IMG/VR virus record: IMGVR_UViG_3300027566_000003
Reading direction: 5' to 3' (one strand)
DNA from: a virus
Taxonomy: Duplodnaviria; Caudoviricetes
DNA: 64,000 bases
In this document: piece by piece, positions 1 through 11,379 of the stretch
How the letters are laid out: each line of letters opens with the position of its first letter
Numbering within the stretch: position 1 is the stretch's first letter
The notes under the pieces: generated by a model
Told to the model about the DNA's origin: nothing
Seen by the model: the letters and a program-made list of their open reading frames with translations, nothing else
Database searches by the model: none
Translations under genes and position numbers: made by a program

Positions 1-610
1 TATTCCAAAATACATTTCTATGTCCAGAAGTATTGTTTTTATTTTTACCATTTTGTCTATTTTTAAGATTTAATGAATTACTAGTACATCTCAAATTATC
101 TTTACAATTCTTTAATGAATCTCCGTTCTTATGATCAACTTTTATATTCTTGTCATTAACTCGCATAATTAATTTAGTTAAGGCTAAATTTCTAGTCATA
201 TATTTTTTAGTTGCAATGTCACAAATAGTTAAAGTTGTAGTTATATAGTATCTTCCTCTATCTAATCTTGCAAACCATGATAAATCTTTTACTAAATCTA
301 ATTCTTCAGTATCTATTTCAACATCTATCCTTCCTCCTTTCTTACTATTTACAATCATTATTGTTTTATCACTATTAACTATATATTCATTTCTTGTAGA
401 TTTAGGTTTATATGTATTGATGTCATTTACTTTCCTATTTAAATATTCTTCATTAACATCAAATTTCTCAGATAAAATCTTTAAACATTTGTCAGGTACT
501 TTTTCTCTTCTAAACCAATCCCATATAGTACCAGGACTTACTCCAATTTCTTTAGCAAAATTAGTAATATGAATGTCTCTATCTCTAATTAACTCTTCAA
601 ATCCAATCAA
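1..610 (-). CDS. HTH-fused HNH homing endonuclease (3' end runs off the window)
   Basis: Manual translation from TTG at 610, which overlaps the TGA of the upstream gene: MIGFEELIRDRDIHITNFAKEIGVSPGTIWDW (XRE-like HTH)...VDHKNGDSLKNCKDNLR...NNTSGHRNVFWN (HNH followed by the start of an AP2-like region). Confidence 0.85.
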   Translation of the reverse strand, partial: MIGFEELIRDRDIHITNFAKEIGVSPGTIWDWFRREKVPDKCLKILSEKFDVNEEYLNRKVNDINTYKPKSTRNEYIVNSDKTIMIVNSKKGGRIDVEIDTEELDLVKDLSWFARLDRGRYYITTTLTICDIATKKYMTRNLALTKLIMRVNDKNIKVDHKNGDSLKNCKDNLRCTSNSLNLKNRQNGKNKNNTSGHRNVFWN

Positions 611-3600
611 TTATTATATTCTCCTTTTTCAGTATAAAACATCTCTCGAAGTGTAATAATATCTTTCCTTAATACTTCTTTAGTTTGATGCCTTAACCAT
701 CCATAAAACTCATTAGCTAGAGGTGTGGCTAAAGAACTAGTATATTTAGTATATCCATTCCTAGAAACGTCCTCTTTAACACTTCTCATATGTTTCCAAA
801 AACCATAATACTGCAATTTTATTTTAGTCATAAATCCAACATTATCTTCTAAAACAAATCCTTCGATATATTGCCCCTTATATTTATAGTCATCTGCGGT
901 TACTTCTTCATACCATTGATAGAATTCTCTCCAATTATCTAATATCTTTGCTTTTACTTTCAAAGGTATATTATATTTATTTGAAAACAACTGTATTTCT
1001 TCATATGATTTTTTCTTTGGTTCATTGATATCATTCTCTACAATTTCTAATAATACTAAATGAGGGAAAATATATTTAATCATATGAGGATCATTAGTGG
1101 GATCAATTACTTCAAATACTAAAGTTGATTTTTGTTCTTTGAGATATTCCTTTATCTCTGATTGCTGGTCTAGAGTAAGAGTATCATTAAATATATCTCT
1201 AAAATATCCTGCAAATTCACTATTAGGATTTGATTTTGAGCTAATTAATAATTCATCTCGACTAGAATCATACCCTACTAAACCTAAGAACCCATTGTAT
1301 TTTACCCATGCCGTTACAGGGAATTGGAATACATTTTTAAGATTATCTAGTTTGACATTCTCTCTTTGATTGACGTTAAAGAATTTTTCATAGCTACGAG
1401 CTACCACTTCTCCAGTTTCAATATTAAAAAATAATCCTCTCGCTTTTATAGTTTGTTCATCCCATATATTTTTATAGAATGCATCTTTTGTAAAATTAAA
1501 AGAAGATATGTGACCGAATTTAGATTCTCTGACATATCTATTCGCTCTTAGTTTCTCTATTAATTCCATATTAGAAACTACAATCTCTTCGGATTTAATT
1601 GATTCAATTTTCTCTTCAATAGGCTTAAAGATATTATTTTTAACCTCAATAGTATTAAATCCTTTGTCATCTAATGTGACAATCCTTAAGTACCCTCCAA
1701 ACTCACATTTTCCTTCGAGGCAAAAACATCTTTCATTGATTTGAATTGGAGAATCTGCCACGTTCCTATGACCGTGGATTTGGTAATAATTATTTGGAGT
1801 TGAATTAAGAAATCTACCATTGACCATTTCCATTTCTTTATATTCTCCAACTCCTTTGATCAATTGTTCTGTGGCAAGAAATTCAAATCTTTCTGGTATT
1901 GTACTGATACCACCATGAGTAACAACTACTACTTTATTATTATATGTATAATATGCCAACTGTCTTAATTTTCTATAGAATATTCTTAATTTCTTCTTAT
2001 CTATTTGCAATTTATTCAACTCTCTTTTGGTAACTTGCTCAAATTCTTTACTCTTTGTTGGCATGTCGTTAGAATAGTCCCACAAATGACAATTACCAGT
2101 AATAATAACCCTACCATCAAGTCTAGTAATCAAAGTTCCTTTAGACATTGTGCAACAATAAGTCAAATTATTATATTCTTCTTCCGTAACCGTTACTGGA
2201 TGGTTAACACTTCCATAATAAAATATACTCGCAACATATTGATATTTTCCATTAGAAAAACCACTTCCTTCTTTATAATCATATTTACAAATAATTCCGT
2301 TTTTTACGCACATTTCTTGAACAATATCTATATTTTGACTGTTAATTGTTCTCCACTCAATATTATTGGCTTTTAAATATCCGTCTGATTTTATTAATGT
2401 ATCTAAAAATATAGACACTTGTCTTTGATTAAAGTATTTCCATTCGTTAGGTATTAATCTTTCATTATGTATTTTATTGAATATATCTCTAGCATATTCT
2501 CCATATATTCTTATGTAATAGGGTTGTACTCTATTTAAGTCACTCATTTTTGCTTTTTGAAAAGTATAAGGTATGTCCATTCTATCCAACAATTGCTTAA
2601 CACTTTTTATTTTTCTTTCTTTGCTAAATTTAAATTGGATTCTCTTTTTAATAGAATTTGGATTACCTTTTATATTATCCACAATTGTAGAATCCATTAT
2701 TACCCATGTTAATAATCTAATCCAATCATCTTCTATATTAACTACATTATCATTTGTATACCCCCATAGAGTAAAATCACGTTCTTCTAAATTATGTTTA
2801 TTCAAAAGATCTTTTGCTTTAACTTTTTCTCCTTTATATATTATATCATGATTAGGCGTAACCTTATGTCTGATATTATGACTATTGAAATTGATTATAG
2901 TATTTGATTCTTTTTTAATTGTTTCAATTGGGTTATCAAAACTAATTTCTTTTGATATGAGGTCATATTGTGCCACCACATCTTCTTTTGTAATATTTTC
3001 TATAACTTTCCAGCCATCTTTTGTAAGTATTTCAGTTCCTTTTGCTAAACATTCATGGTTCCCTTGTAAAAATATCACATTTAATTTATCCATAACTGAA
3101 AACAAGTAATTAAGTAATTCTACATTCTCAATTCCTCGATCAACATAATCACCAACAAATACATATAGTTCATCTTCTTTTAATTCTCCACCTAAATATT
3201 CTTGCAAGACGGTATTACATCCATGCAAATCTCCAATATGATGAATCTTTTTATAATTAGAAAAATCTAAAGGTGAATATGTAATTGTGTCCCAAAATTC
3301 TTCTGGTTTAATAGCTTTTACTCCACTAGAAATCTTTTGAGACTCAAATCTAGCATACATATTGTCAATTACAAAATCATGCACTACTTTATAATCAGGT
3401 TTCCTATTTTGATTTCTTTCTTTACAAACTTCAATAGGAACATCTGTCATATCAACACAAATGATTCTGTATCTATATGTTTCTGCCATACTTTTATATC
3501 GATTTAATTCAACTGTTTTAGAATTAGTTGCATCAACAACTACAAATTCTCCACGAATCATTCTTTGTTCTAGAATATCAAATAACAATTCCCAAACTTT

Positions 3601-4728
3601 TTTATCATTCTTTTGACTAATTCCATACCTTCCGTCAGTAGTCATTATGGGAGACTGTAGTAGTAACCTAATATTGTCTGCACTTAAAGCATATTGTTCT
3701 AAATTATTATCTTTAATAAATGTACTCTTGCCACAATTACCAGTAATATTTATATGACCATCTCTTCGTAAAACCAACATACCACTTGGAACAGTAAAAC
3801 AATACTTATGTCCATCTAGTGTTTTATATTCTTTAATTATTTTATCCTTATATTCTTCTCTCCCTTTTGTAGATATTCCTACCAAATTATAAGAACATTT
3901 ACTCACACGATAAGTAATGGGTTTGTCTTCTCTTTCATCAATAGATATACCACTTTTATAACCAGTAGATGAAAAAACATATTGAATAAAATCAGCATCT
4001 TGTTTATTAGTAGTATAATAAGCAATTGAGTTGTCTTGTTTATTAATCGAACCATCCCATTTTATACATTCATCACTAATTATATCTAAACACTTTCTCG
4101 ATAGGTTATACCAATTATGAGGAAAATTTTTTATTCTCAATGGTGATTTGAACATAAAATTAATGTACCCTTCAACATTTGTCTCATTGTATATTTTTTC
4201 TTCAAAATCAATATTGCATTTATTTAATAAAAATCTTATTCTTTCTATTTTTCTTTGTTTTTTAATTCTTATTCTACATCTATTGGTGTCTCTAGGATAA
4301 TTGCCATCTGCACAAATAGCAACTGTCAATCTTAATTCAAATTCGTTAAGTTCTGAATTTTCATTACCATATGTATTAAAAGTAGTTATAAATTTTCCTC
4401 TGAAGCCATGATTGTTTTTTAAATGTTGTTTATAAACATCTGAAAAAACTTTTTTATTTATATTGCCTTTTGAACTTATATATACTAAATTATGATCCAA
4501 AGAAACACATTGACTAACTCCTTGTGTTTGAATTAAATACAAATTGTCTTCTTTATATTTGTGATATTCCAAGGGACTCACCAACTCAGAGCTTCCGTCG
4601 TCATTATATTGTAAAACTTTATCTCCTTCAGTATATTCTGATATTCTTTTCCATTCTACTCCATTAAAATATTCCGTGTCACAGTCTACACAAGCTGGAG
4701 CACCCCTAAATAATGTTAATATCCTCAA
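607..4728 (-). CDS. Polynucleotide kinase / metallophosphoesterase / T4 Rnl1-type RNA ligase fusion with two inteins (1373 aa precursor, 734 aa spliced)
   Basis: After intein removal: P-loop GAPA|CGKST; phosphoesterase motifs GDLHG, GDYVDRG, GNHE, HGG, HGH; ligase motifs KARGLFF, RSYEKFFN, KYNGFLG, FEVI, EGFVL, KIK. Confidence 0.9.
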   Translation of the reverse strand: MRILTLFRGAPACVDCDTEYFNGVEWKRISEYTEGDKVLQYNDDGSSELVSPLEYHKYKEDNLYLIQTQGVSQCVSLDHNLVYISSKGNINKKVFSDVYKQHLKNNHGFRGKFITTFNTYGNENSELNEFELRLTVAICADGNYPRDTNRCRIRIKKQRKIERIRFLLNKCNIDFEEKIYNETNVEGYINFMFKSPLRIKNFPHNWYNLSRKCLDIISDECIKWDGSINKQDNSIAYYTTNKQDADFIQYVFSSTGYKSGISIDEREDKPITYRVSKCSYNLVGISTKGREEYKDKIIKEYKTLDGHKYCFTVPSGMLVLRRDGHINITGNCGKSTFIKDNNLEQYALSADNIRLLLQSPIMTTDGRYGISQKNDKKVWELLFDILEQRMIRGEFVVVDATNSKTVELNRYKSMAETYRYRIICVDMTDVPIEVCKERNQNRKPDYKVVHDFVIDNMYARFESQKISSGVKAIKPEEFWDTITYSPLDFSNYKKIHHIGDLHGCNTVLQEYLGGELKEDELYVFVGDYVDRGIENVELLNYLFSVMDKLNVIFLQGNHECLAKGTEILTKDGWKVIENITKEDVVAQYDLISKEISFDNPIETIKKESNTIINFNSHNIRHKVTPNHDIIYKGEKVKAKDLLNKHNLEERDFTLWGYTNDNVVNIEDDWIRLLTWVIMDSTIVDNIKGNPNSIKKRIQFKFSKERKIKSVKQLLDRMDIPYTFQKAKMSDLNRVQPYYIRIYGEYARDIFNKIHNERLIPNEWKYFNQRQVSIFLDTLIKSDGYLKANNIEWRTINSQNIDIVQEMCVKNGIICKYDYKEGSGFSNGKYQYVASIFYYGSVNHPVTVTEEEYNNLTYCCTMSKGTLITRLDGRVIITGNCHLWDYSNDMPTKSKEFEQVTKRELNKLQIDKKKLRIFYRKLRQLAYYTYNNKVVVVTHGGISTIPERFEFLATEQLIKGVGEYKEMEMVNGRFLNSTPNNYYQIHGHRNVADSPIQINERCFCLEGKCEFGGYLRIVTLDDKGFNTIEVKNNIFKPIEEKIESIKSEEIVVSNMELIEKLRANRYVRESKFGHISSFNFTKDAFYKNIWDEQTIKARGLFFNIETGEVVARSYEKFFNVNQRENVKLDNLKNVFQFPVTAWVKYNGFLGLVGYDSSRDELLISSKSNPNSEFAGYFRDIFNDTLTLDQQSEIKEYLKEQKSTLVFEVIDPTNDPHMIKYIFPHLVLLEIVENDINEPKKKSYEEIQLFSNKYNIPLKVKAKILDNWREFYQWYEEVTADDYKYKGQYIEGFVLEDNVGFMTKIKLQYYGFWKHMRSVKEDVSRNGYTKYTSSLATPLANEFYGWLRHQTKEVLRKDIITLREMFYTEKGEYNN
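2092..3051 (-). mobile_element. Intein 2 (320 aa) inserted directly after the phosphoesterase GNHE motif
   Basis: Begins C-LAKGTEILTKDGWK and ends TYCCTMSKGTLITRLDGRVIITGN followed by a +1 Cys; LAGLIDADG-like blocks LLTWVIMDS and FLDTLIKSDG. Confidence 0.93.
3736..4692 (-). mobile_element. Intein 1 (319 aa) inserted in the kinase Walker A motif
   Basis: Begins C-VDCDTEYF and ends HKYCFTVPSGMLVLRRDGHINITGN followed by a +1 Cys; LAGLIDADG-like blocks LTVAICADG and ECIKWDGS. Confidence 0.93.
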
Positions 4729-4948
4729 TCTTCTTTCCTCCTTTTAATCCCAACGAAATCCACATTTCAATTGCTTTCTAATAGACTTTCAATGGCATAT
4801 CTAACTCTTTGAAAAGCACTTGCTTCAGCAGAATGAACCATATTCCCTATCATATTATTTTCATCTAAACATTTGAATGCATAACCATAGTACCTATCTT
4901 CTTCTTTAGTTACATAATCTAAGAGTTTTTCTAAATTATTATCCATTA

Positions 4949-5242
4949 TTACCTCTCCTCCACTTCATTTATTTCTTGTTGACTCATATACTTCCTTGCC
5001 GTAGGGCAAACATATGTAATATTAACTTGTTTAATCTCGCCTTTATATATAAACCAAGTAGAAACAATAAGATTAAATATTGTCGAAAATCCAAATAAGA
5101 TCAAAGCAAGTTCTGCCTTTGACACAATACCTTCTTGTGGTATTGCTAAATTAAATAAGCATCCAAGCAACATACTTAAAGAAACGCTCCAAATTACACT
5201 CACTGGATTTTTACTTAAATTGTAATTAAACCTTTTAAACAT
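4949..5242 (-). CDS. Small membrane protein, two predicted TM segments
   Basis: Hydrophobic stretches VIWSVSLSMLLGCLFNLAI and LALILFGFSTIFNLIVSTWFI; good SD (AGGAGG). Confidence 0.6.
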   Translation of the reverse strand: MFKRFNYNLSKNPVSVIWSVSLSMLLGCLFNLAIPQEGIVSKAELALILFGFSTIFNLIVSTWFIYKGEIKQVNITYVCPTARKYMSQQEINEVEER

Positions 5243-5279
5243 GATTCACCTCCTTTCATAACCAGACCAAAACAATATT

Positions 5280-8200
5280 TTATTTACTCTGACTGTTCCA
5301 ATCTAAACAAACTTCTTTTCCATTAACCAAAATACCGCCACAATTACAATATAATTTATATTCTGTTTCCGAATAATAATTTTTATATGATTGTGAACAA
5401 GTAGCACATGTAATATTATTTTTCTGACACCATGATCTTAAATTAATTATATTCATTTTTAAAACTTCCTTTCTACCAATCAAATATTTGATTCAAACCA
5501 TTACAATAGTACCACCATAATCACCATAATATGTACAAACACATCCTACAACCTTATATTTAAACATTACTTCTACTTCTTTGTCATCTGTTGGGACAGC
5601 AAACATTTTCCCAATTGGCCTGATTGTATGTAATTTTCCATCTAATGTTTGAACATAAATATCTCCAATAATATTTTTATCTTCTGGTAATTTACCAATA
5701 CCATTATTAAGTTTGATATTCAATCTATGGAATATTTCCACTTCTTTCTTTTCTTCTTTATAAATATTCCAATCGTTAAGTCTTAATATACGATTACTCA
5801 TATTAAGTAATCCTGGTCTTGGATGAAAATGATCATCCCACATTATGCTTCCGTTAACACATTTTACTTTCCATAATTCATCTCTAACAACACAATGGGC
5901 TTTTAAGTTTGGATTTTTTCTCAATTCATTTACCATTTCTAATGTATTCATTTATATAACCCCTTCCATTATCTCTATCACACTTCCTACAAAACAATGA
6001 AATCATTTCACTCTCAAAATATTCTCCACAATGACTACAATTTCCACCAAACATTATTTTATGTTTATCTCCATCATATATAATATATAATCCATATTTC
6101 TCAGATTCTATTGCAAAATCTAAAATATATTTACCTCCAACTCTACCACAACCTTCACATGGATGAGAAATATGATTTAAACAACCTCTGTGTTTACATG
6201 GTTCTCCTTCTCTCATATGTTTAATCCTCCTTTCTTATTCTACTGACTCATAATTTTTAGAATCTACCCAACTCCAGCCTCCAGAATAAATTAAGAATTC
6301 GGTTATTTCTTCTGTCCATGAATTATCATATTCTCTTTGCTTTTGTTCATAAACCCTAACTCCATACACTTCATATGTTTCTTCCTGTTTATCTTCGTCA
6401 TCTCTGTAATACGTATAACTTTTATATTTTATTTTTGGCATTATTATTTTCACTCCATTCTAATAGGTTAAAACGATTATTTTACCTTACCAATCCTCTT
6501 CCCAGTTCTCCTACAAACCACATTTCCTTTCCAATAAACTAATTCAGATTCAAAATGAAGTCTTTTGCATTTAGGACAAAACAGATCTCTCACTCCTATC
6601 CACAATTAATAAACTCATTAACATAATGATCGACCAAAGTGCCATCCCATTGAATTGTATATACCTTATCTGTGGAATCGAATTCTACATCGCAATCCAT
6701 ACAAAACCACGTTGTGAGTGTCACTTTGTTTGTTTTTTCACTATGGCAAGCCGGACAAATATGTACTTTCTTATCATTTTTTGTGTTCCTCATTTTTGTC
6801 TCTGCTTTTGTTTTGTTAGCCATTTATGTATTCCCTCCGTATTTTTATTTTCTACTTATAGTATATATTGTTAAGGTTTAAAAGTCAAAATAATTTTGAA
6901 AGATCATTATGATAAATGGGTAACGGCATAGTTATTATCGCAAATATGATTGTAGATATCACTTTAACTTTATTAAATTTAATATGAAACCCATAATTGT
7001 TTGAAAATCCATAAAACAGGGCAATCAATACAAAATATAATAATAAGAACATTAATATACCACCTCTTTGTTAAAAAACTGATTAAAATGAGTATTCTAT
7101 TCATTAATTTCTTCATTTGTTTTATCGTCGATTAATTCATAATCACTCCCTTTCATATACTTATTAACTTTTGCAATAAATACACATGAATCATTATCTG
7201 GATGCTCACCTATAATGATATCTTCTTTAATATCATTATACTTTTCTATTGCGTCTAATTCTTTTTCAAATTTATAAATTCTAGGATAATAATCCATATC
7301 ATGTCCAACAATCCACATAATTGTTTATCACTCCTTCCTCGAAATCAAAGTTTTAAAGTGTTTACAAAAATCTAACCACCCATTCCCCATATTTAAAAAT
7401 ATTTTCTATTCTAGGATCTAATATATTCTTATACATATTATTTTCCCTGTCTGTAGGATAAAATTTACCTTCATATAACAATTGAAAACGTAATTTTATA
7501 ATTCTATCTGCACATCCATCTCCTCTATCTTTATAAATTTCTAAATTACCATATCCATCTTCAATTAAATTATCAATCTTTTCTTTTAAATCATTGATAT
7601 TCATTAATTATACCCCCTCCAATACTATCAATTATTAGTTTTATTCGTCTATCGGATTATTTGTTAACTCTTTATTATTATCAAATATTTGTAAAAATTT
7701 GTTGCCATCTGTATTAGTATCCACAACAATCATAGTAAAATCTTCTGCCCTATAAACAAACTTAGGTAGATGTCTATAGGTAAAAATCTCATTACTATAA
7801 TACTTTTCCGTTTGGAAATCATCTTTTGTCTTTGCAAAGTAAACTTCATTTGCGTTTTCATACCAAAAATATTCCCTACTATCATCAAGAGGTATCACTT
7901 TCCAATCATCGACATACCCAAAATAATCATAAATTTGTTTTTGAATGGTAAAATAATCATCTAAAAGTTTCATGAGAATTCCTCCTTAAAATAGCATAGA
8001 CTCCTCGTTTGTTGGGATTGGGAATAAATTATTCCCAATCCTTATCAATAACATCTACAGCCTCTTGAACCGTGTTAAAATATTCTTCTCCTGAAATTGT
8101 TTTAGTCATATATTTGAGACTATCGCCTTTAGATGGATTAGTTTCTTTTAAAATCCAAATGTCAATACCTCTATGATTATGAACAGAGACGTATTCACCT

Positions 8201-9495
8201 TTATCAGTTGTCATAGTTTTCATAATAACACTCCTTTTTTAATATAGTAAGTTCATTATAAACTATTTAAATTAATTTATAAAGTTGTAAATGAAGACAT
8301 ATTGCCAAATGAAACTAGATTTTATTGGAACGCCTTCATTAATTCTTGAATATTTACATGGTATTGATTCACAGTTTCTTCTAATTTTAAACGAATTTTT
8401 TCTTCTATTTCAACAATACTACATTCTTCACAAAAACATGCAAAAGAGATATATTTAGTATTATTGTTAATATCCGAAAATATCTTATTCAACTCTTCTT
8501 TCTTAAGTCTTTTTGTTCTCATTTCAGATTTAATTTCAAAATAATTTTTAGTTTCTTTAATGAAACTCCCATTCTCCTTTAATGAATCTAATTTCACTAT
8601 CCGCAAGTATTCCAATTAATTTATAAATTTTCACATTTTATCTCCATTCAAATTGCTTTTTCATTCCATGCATTTAGATACTAACTCAACAGCTATATTT
8701 AAACATTGAATGTAATATTTTTCGTTTCTTCTTCATTCATATCGGGAATTATTTGTCCTGTTTCTAAACTCAATCTTGGGACAACCTCACTTTTAAGATC
8801 ATTTAAGACAGAAATAACATCTTTCTTTTGAAAGTCTTTATTTTTATCATTCCATGTTAATCGCATTATGACTTTACATTTCCCTTCATTATGGATACAA
8901 GAAACTTCTTTTACTGTATAATTTGTAATATCATTATTCCTAATAAATTCATTTATTACTTTTTCAAAATAAAGTGTGTCAATTGAATTATAACCATCTA
9001 CAGACCAACTCTTTACATCTCCAATAAATTCAAATTCTTTTGTATTCATATTAAATATTTTCTCCTTCCGATAAAACCACACTTTTAATGCCTATTAAGG
9101 CATATCTTTTTTAATTCTACTACATATTCAATCATTGTATTAATTGCAATTTGTTCACCATCGTATTCATTGCAATCACCTGTATAAGTAACTATAACCC
9201 CTATATTATTTAACTGATGATAAAGAATATTCATCTCATCTTCCAATATATTTCCAAGATGCTCCATATCGGTAACAATACTACTTTTATATACATTTAA
9301 ATCATCTAATTGTGCTTTGCTTATTGTATCAATAATATAACCACCTGTAGAATACAAATATGGATTGACTGTATAATAATTGTCTGACTTCCCATGTACT
9401 TTAAATGGATTATCAAAATCAATTTCAATAATATCTTTGCTAACAGTATGCATAATATTCAACTCTGGAATAAAAACTGTCATATAAGTTTTCAT
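5280..9495 (-). other. Array of ~14 short hypothetical phage ORFs, several with CxxC zinc-ribbon motifs
   Basis: Tightly packed minus-strand ORFs with SD sites, e.g. 6596..6823 CPAC...CMDC and 5926..6216 CSHC...CRKC. Confidence 0.75.
6860..6888 (-). promoter_or_regulatory. sigmaA-type promoter
   Basis: TTGACT-17 bp-TATACT upstream of the 6823 ORF. Confidence 0.75.
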
Positions 9496-9511
9496 AATTT
9501 ATCAATCCTTT

Positions 9512-9979
9512 CTAACTAACCTTTAACCACTCAGGAACATTCCCTTTATACTGTAGTATATCCTTCTTCTCACCCACATAATAAGCCCTATATGCCTTTA
9601 CAACATCTTCATGCCTATACTCTATTGGCATTGCTTGAGCAAACTTCGTTAACCCCTTATCAGGCAAATTAGGAACATCTAAACCTAAAATAACATCTCC
9701 TGATTTATGATCTTTGTTACCATATCTTTTTCTATATTCATCATATAAAGCTAGACCCAAATTTCTTAACCATAACCAATTAGATAAACTTTCTCTTGTC
9801 CATAAGGAGCATGGGTGGTTTTTGTGCGTGAGTTTATAGGGAGATTTGTGAGATTCATTTGTAAAGTAATAAGTACTACATAAAATTTGTGATGTTTCCA
9901 ATAGCATTTTTACAACATGCTTATCACAATGATATTCAGCACATTTTTTAATGTCTAAGTCTAGGACAAATATGTTCAT
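9512..9979 (-). CDS. Pyrimidine-dimer DNA glycosylase (T4 endonuclease V / DenV-like family)
   Basis: MNIFVLD...CAEYHCDKHVVKMLLETSQILCS...YKLTHKNHPCSLW...EYRKRYG.K.HKS...FAQAMP..Y...DVVKAYRAYY; likely start is Met24 of the ORF-track entry. Confidence 0.85.
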   Translation of the reverse strand: MNIFVLDLDIKKCAEYHCDKHVVKMLLETSQILCSTYYFTNESHKSPYKLTHKNHPCSLWTRESLSNWLWLRNLGLALYDEYRKRYGNKDHKSGDVILGLDVPNLPDKGLTKFAQAMPIEYRHEDVVKAYRAYYVGEKKDILQYKGNVPEWLKVS

Positions 9980-10579
9980 TATGTACTTCCTCCTTTTGAA
10001 TATAAAGCTTAATATAATTATTTTAACATGATATAGATGTTCTTTCAATAATTATATTAAGCTTTATTTACTATTCTAGATTTAAGTCAACATAAATGTC
10101 ACTTAATACAATTGGTCTTTTCGCTTGAAGCAATAAACTTTTAAATATTTCTTAATCAATAATGTCGCCAGATATATACGATTTTCCATATTCATCAGCA
10201 TATCTGCATTTGTGGACATAATATTGTTCTAATGTTTCAATTTTGGTAACTACTAAATCAGCAATATCTCTAACTCTTTTAGTTTTAAAGAAATTTATAA
10301 ACGGAGTTAGTTTATTATATATTGTTAATCGATCCTCTTTTCATTTTAAAATCCATCCAAAGAATAAATTTATACACAATTCTTTTCTATCCAATCTTTA
10401 ATAACACTTGGTGTTACTGCAAACATATATCCATTATCAAACGATTCCCAAGATACTCCACTTATCTCAGATTTGTCCGTTAAATATTTTTTACCTTGGG
10501 GATTCTTTATTATAACAGTACCCTTCACATATCTCCATAACCATATACCATTATCTAAAACTAATTTTCTCATAATTAA

Positions 10580-11230
10580 TCACTCCTCACTATCACCAAG
10601 CATTTTAAATTCTTTCTGCAACCCCTCTAGTCCTGCTGAAGTAACCTTATGCATAACAAAACCTTCAAATTCACCTTTCGCTTCAAGCACAGTTTTGTCC
10701 ATTTGCTCATTAAAACTACTTTGAATAAAAGGAACGTTACTTTCAATTTCTTGTCGCAACATCTTAATGCCACTGAGTATCGCTTCTTTATCTGCTTTTG
10801 TTGGTGCTTTTTTCTCACTCAATAACGCTTCAGCTTGCTGAGTAAGCATCCTAAGTGACTTTCCGATCTTTAGCATTTCTTTTTCAAACTCTTTCTCAAA
10901 TTCCTGCCGTTTATCAAATTGTGGGCAGTCTTCAATCATTCTACCATCTAATCGTCTAAGTGTGACAGGTACTCCATCTCCCACATTCATTGAAGTAATC
11001 GCCTCTGTAAATTGTGAATATGACATTTCAACTTCAATATAAGGTTTTGTATTAGCATGAAACCAATCCCTATTTAACATTCGATCAATTTTTGCAGGAG
11101 CAATTTTGAGTTTAATTGTGTGACTATGTTGAATAGAACTTCCAAATAAATTCTGGCTAGAACTACATGAACTCCTTGCGAGTCCTAACATTGCAAAACT
11201 TTCATGTTCAATAGTTGTACGATCATCCAT
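10580..11230 (-). CDS. Conserved hypothetical protein
   Basis: 216-aa ORF with strong SD; HESFAMLGLAR...LFGSSIQH pattern resembles mobile-element hypotheticals; function not recognised. Confidence 0.7.
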   Translation of the reverse strand: MDDRTTIEHESFAMLGLARSSCSSSQNLFGSSIQHSHTIKLKIAPAKIDRMLNRDWFHANTKPYIEVEMSYSQFTEAITSMNVGDGVPVTLRRLDGRMIEDCPQFDKRQEFEKEFEKEMLKIGKSLRMLTQQAEALLSEKKAPTKADKEAILSGIKMLRQEIESNVPFIQSSFNEQMDKTVLEAKGEFEGFVMHKVTSAGLEGLQKEFKMLGDSEE

Positions 11231-11284
11231 GATATTTGACCTTCTTTCTTTAAATATTTTTAAACTTAATATTGCTCGGTATAT

Positions 11285-11347
11285 TTAGTGATAATCATGC
11301 TTTCTAATTAATGAAGTTCTTTCTTGTTCAAACCGTTCTCTTAACAT
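11285..11347 (-). CDS. 20-aa small ORF (MLRERFEQERTSLIRKHDYH)
   Basis: ATG at 11347 preceded by GAAAGGTG SD; lies directly downstream of the structured element at 11380-11520. Confidence 0.4.
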   Translation of the reverse strand: MLRERFEQERTSLIRKHDYH

Positions 11348-11379
11348 ATATACCACACCTTTCAATTTTTAAATAATTT

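Noticed and set aside
1097-2851. Plus-strand ORFs (1097, 2005, 2573 and similar throughout, e.g. 56117..56458)
   Set aside because: Antisense shadows of well-supported minus-strand genes; no SD sites or recognisable motifs
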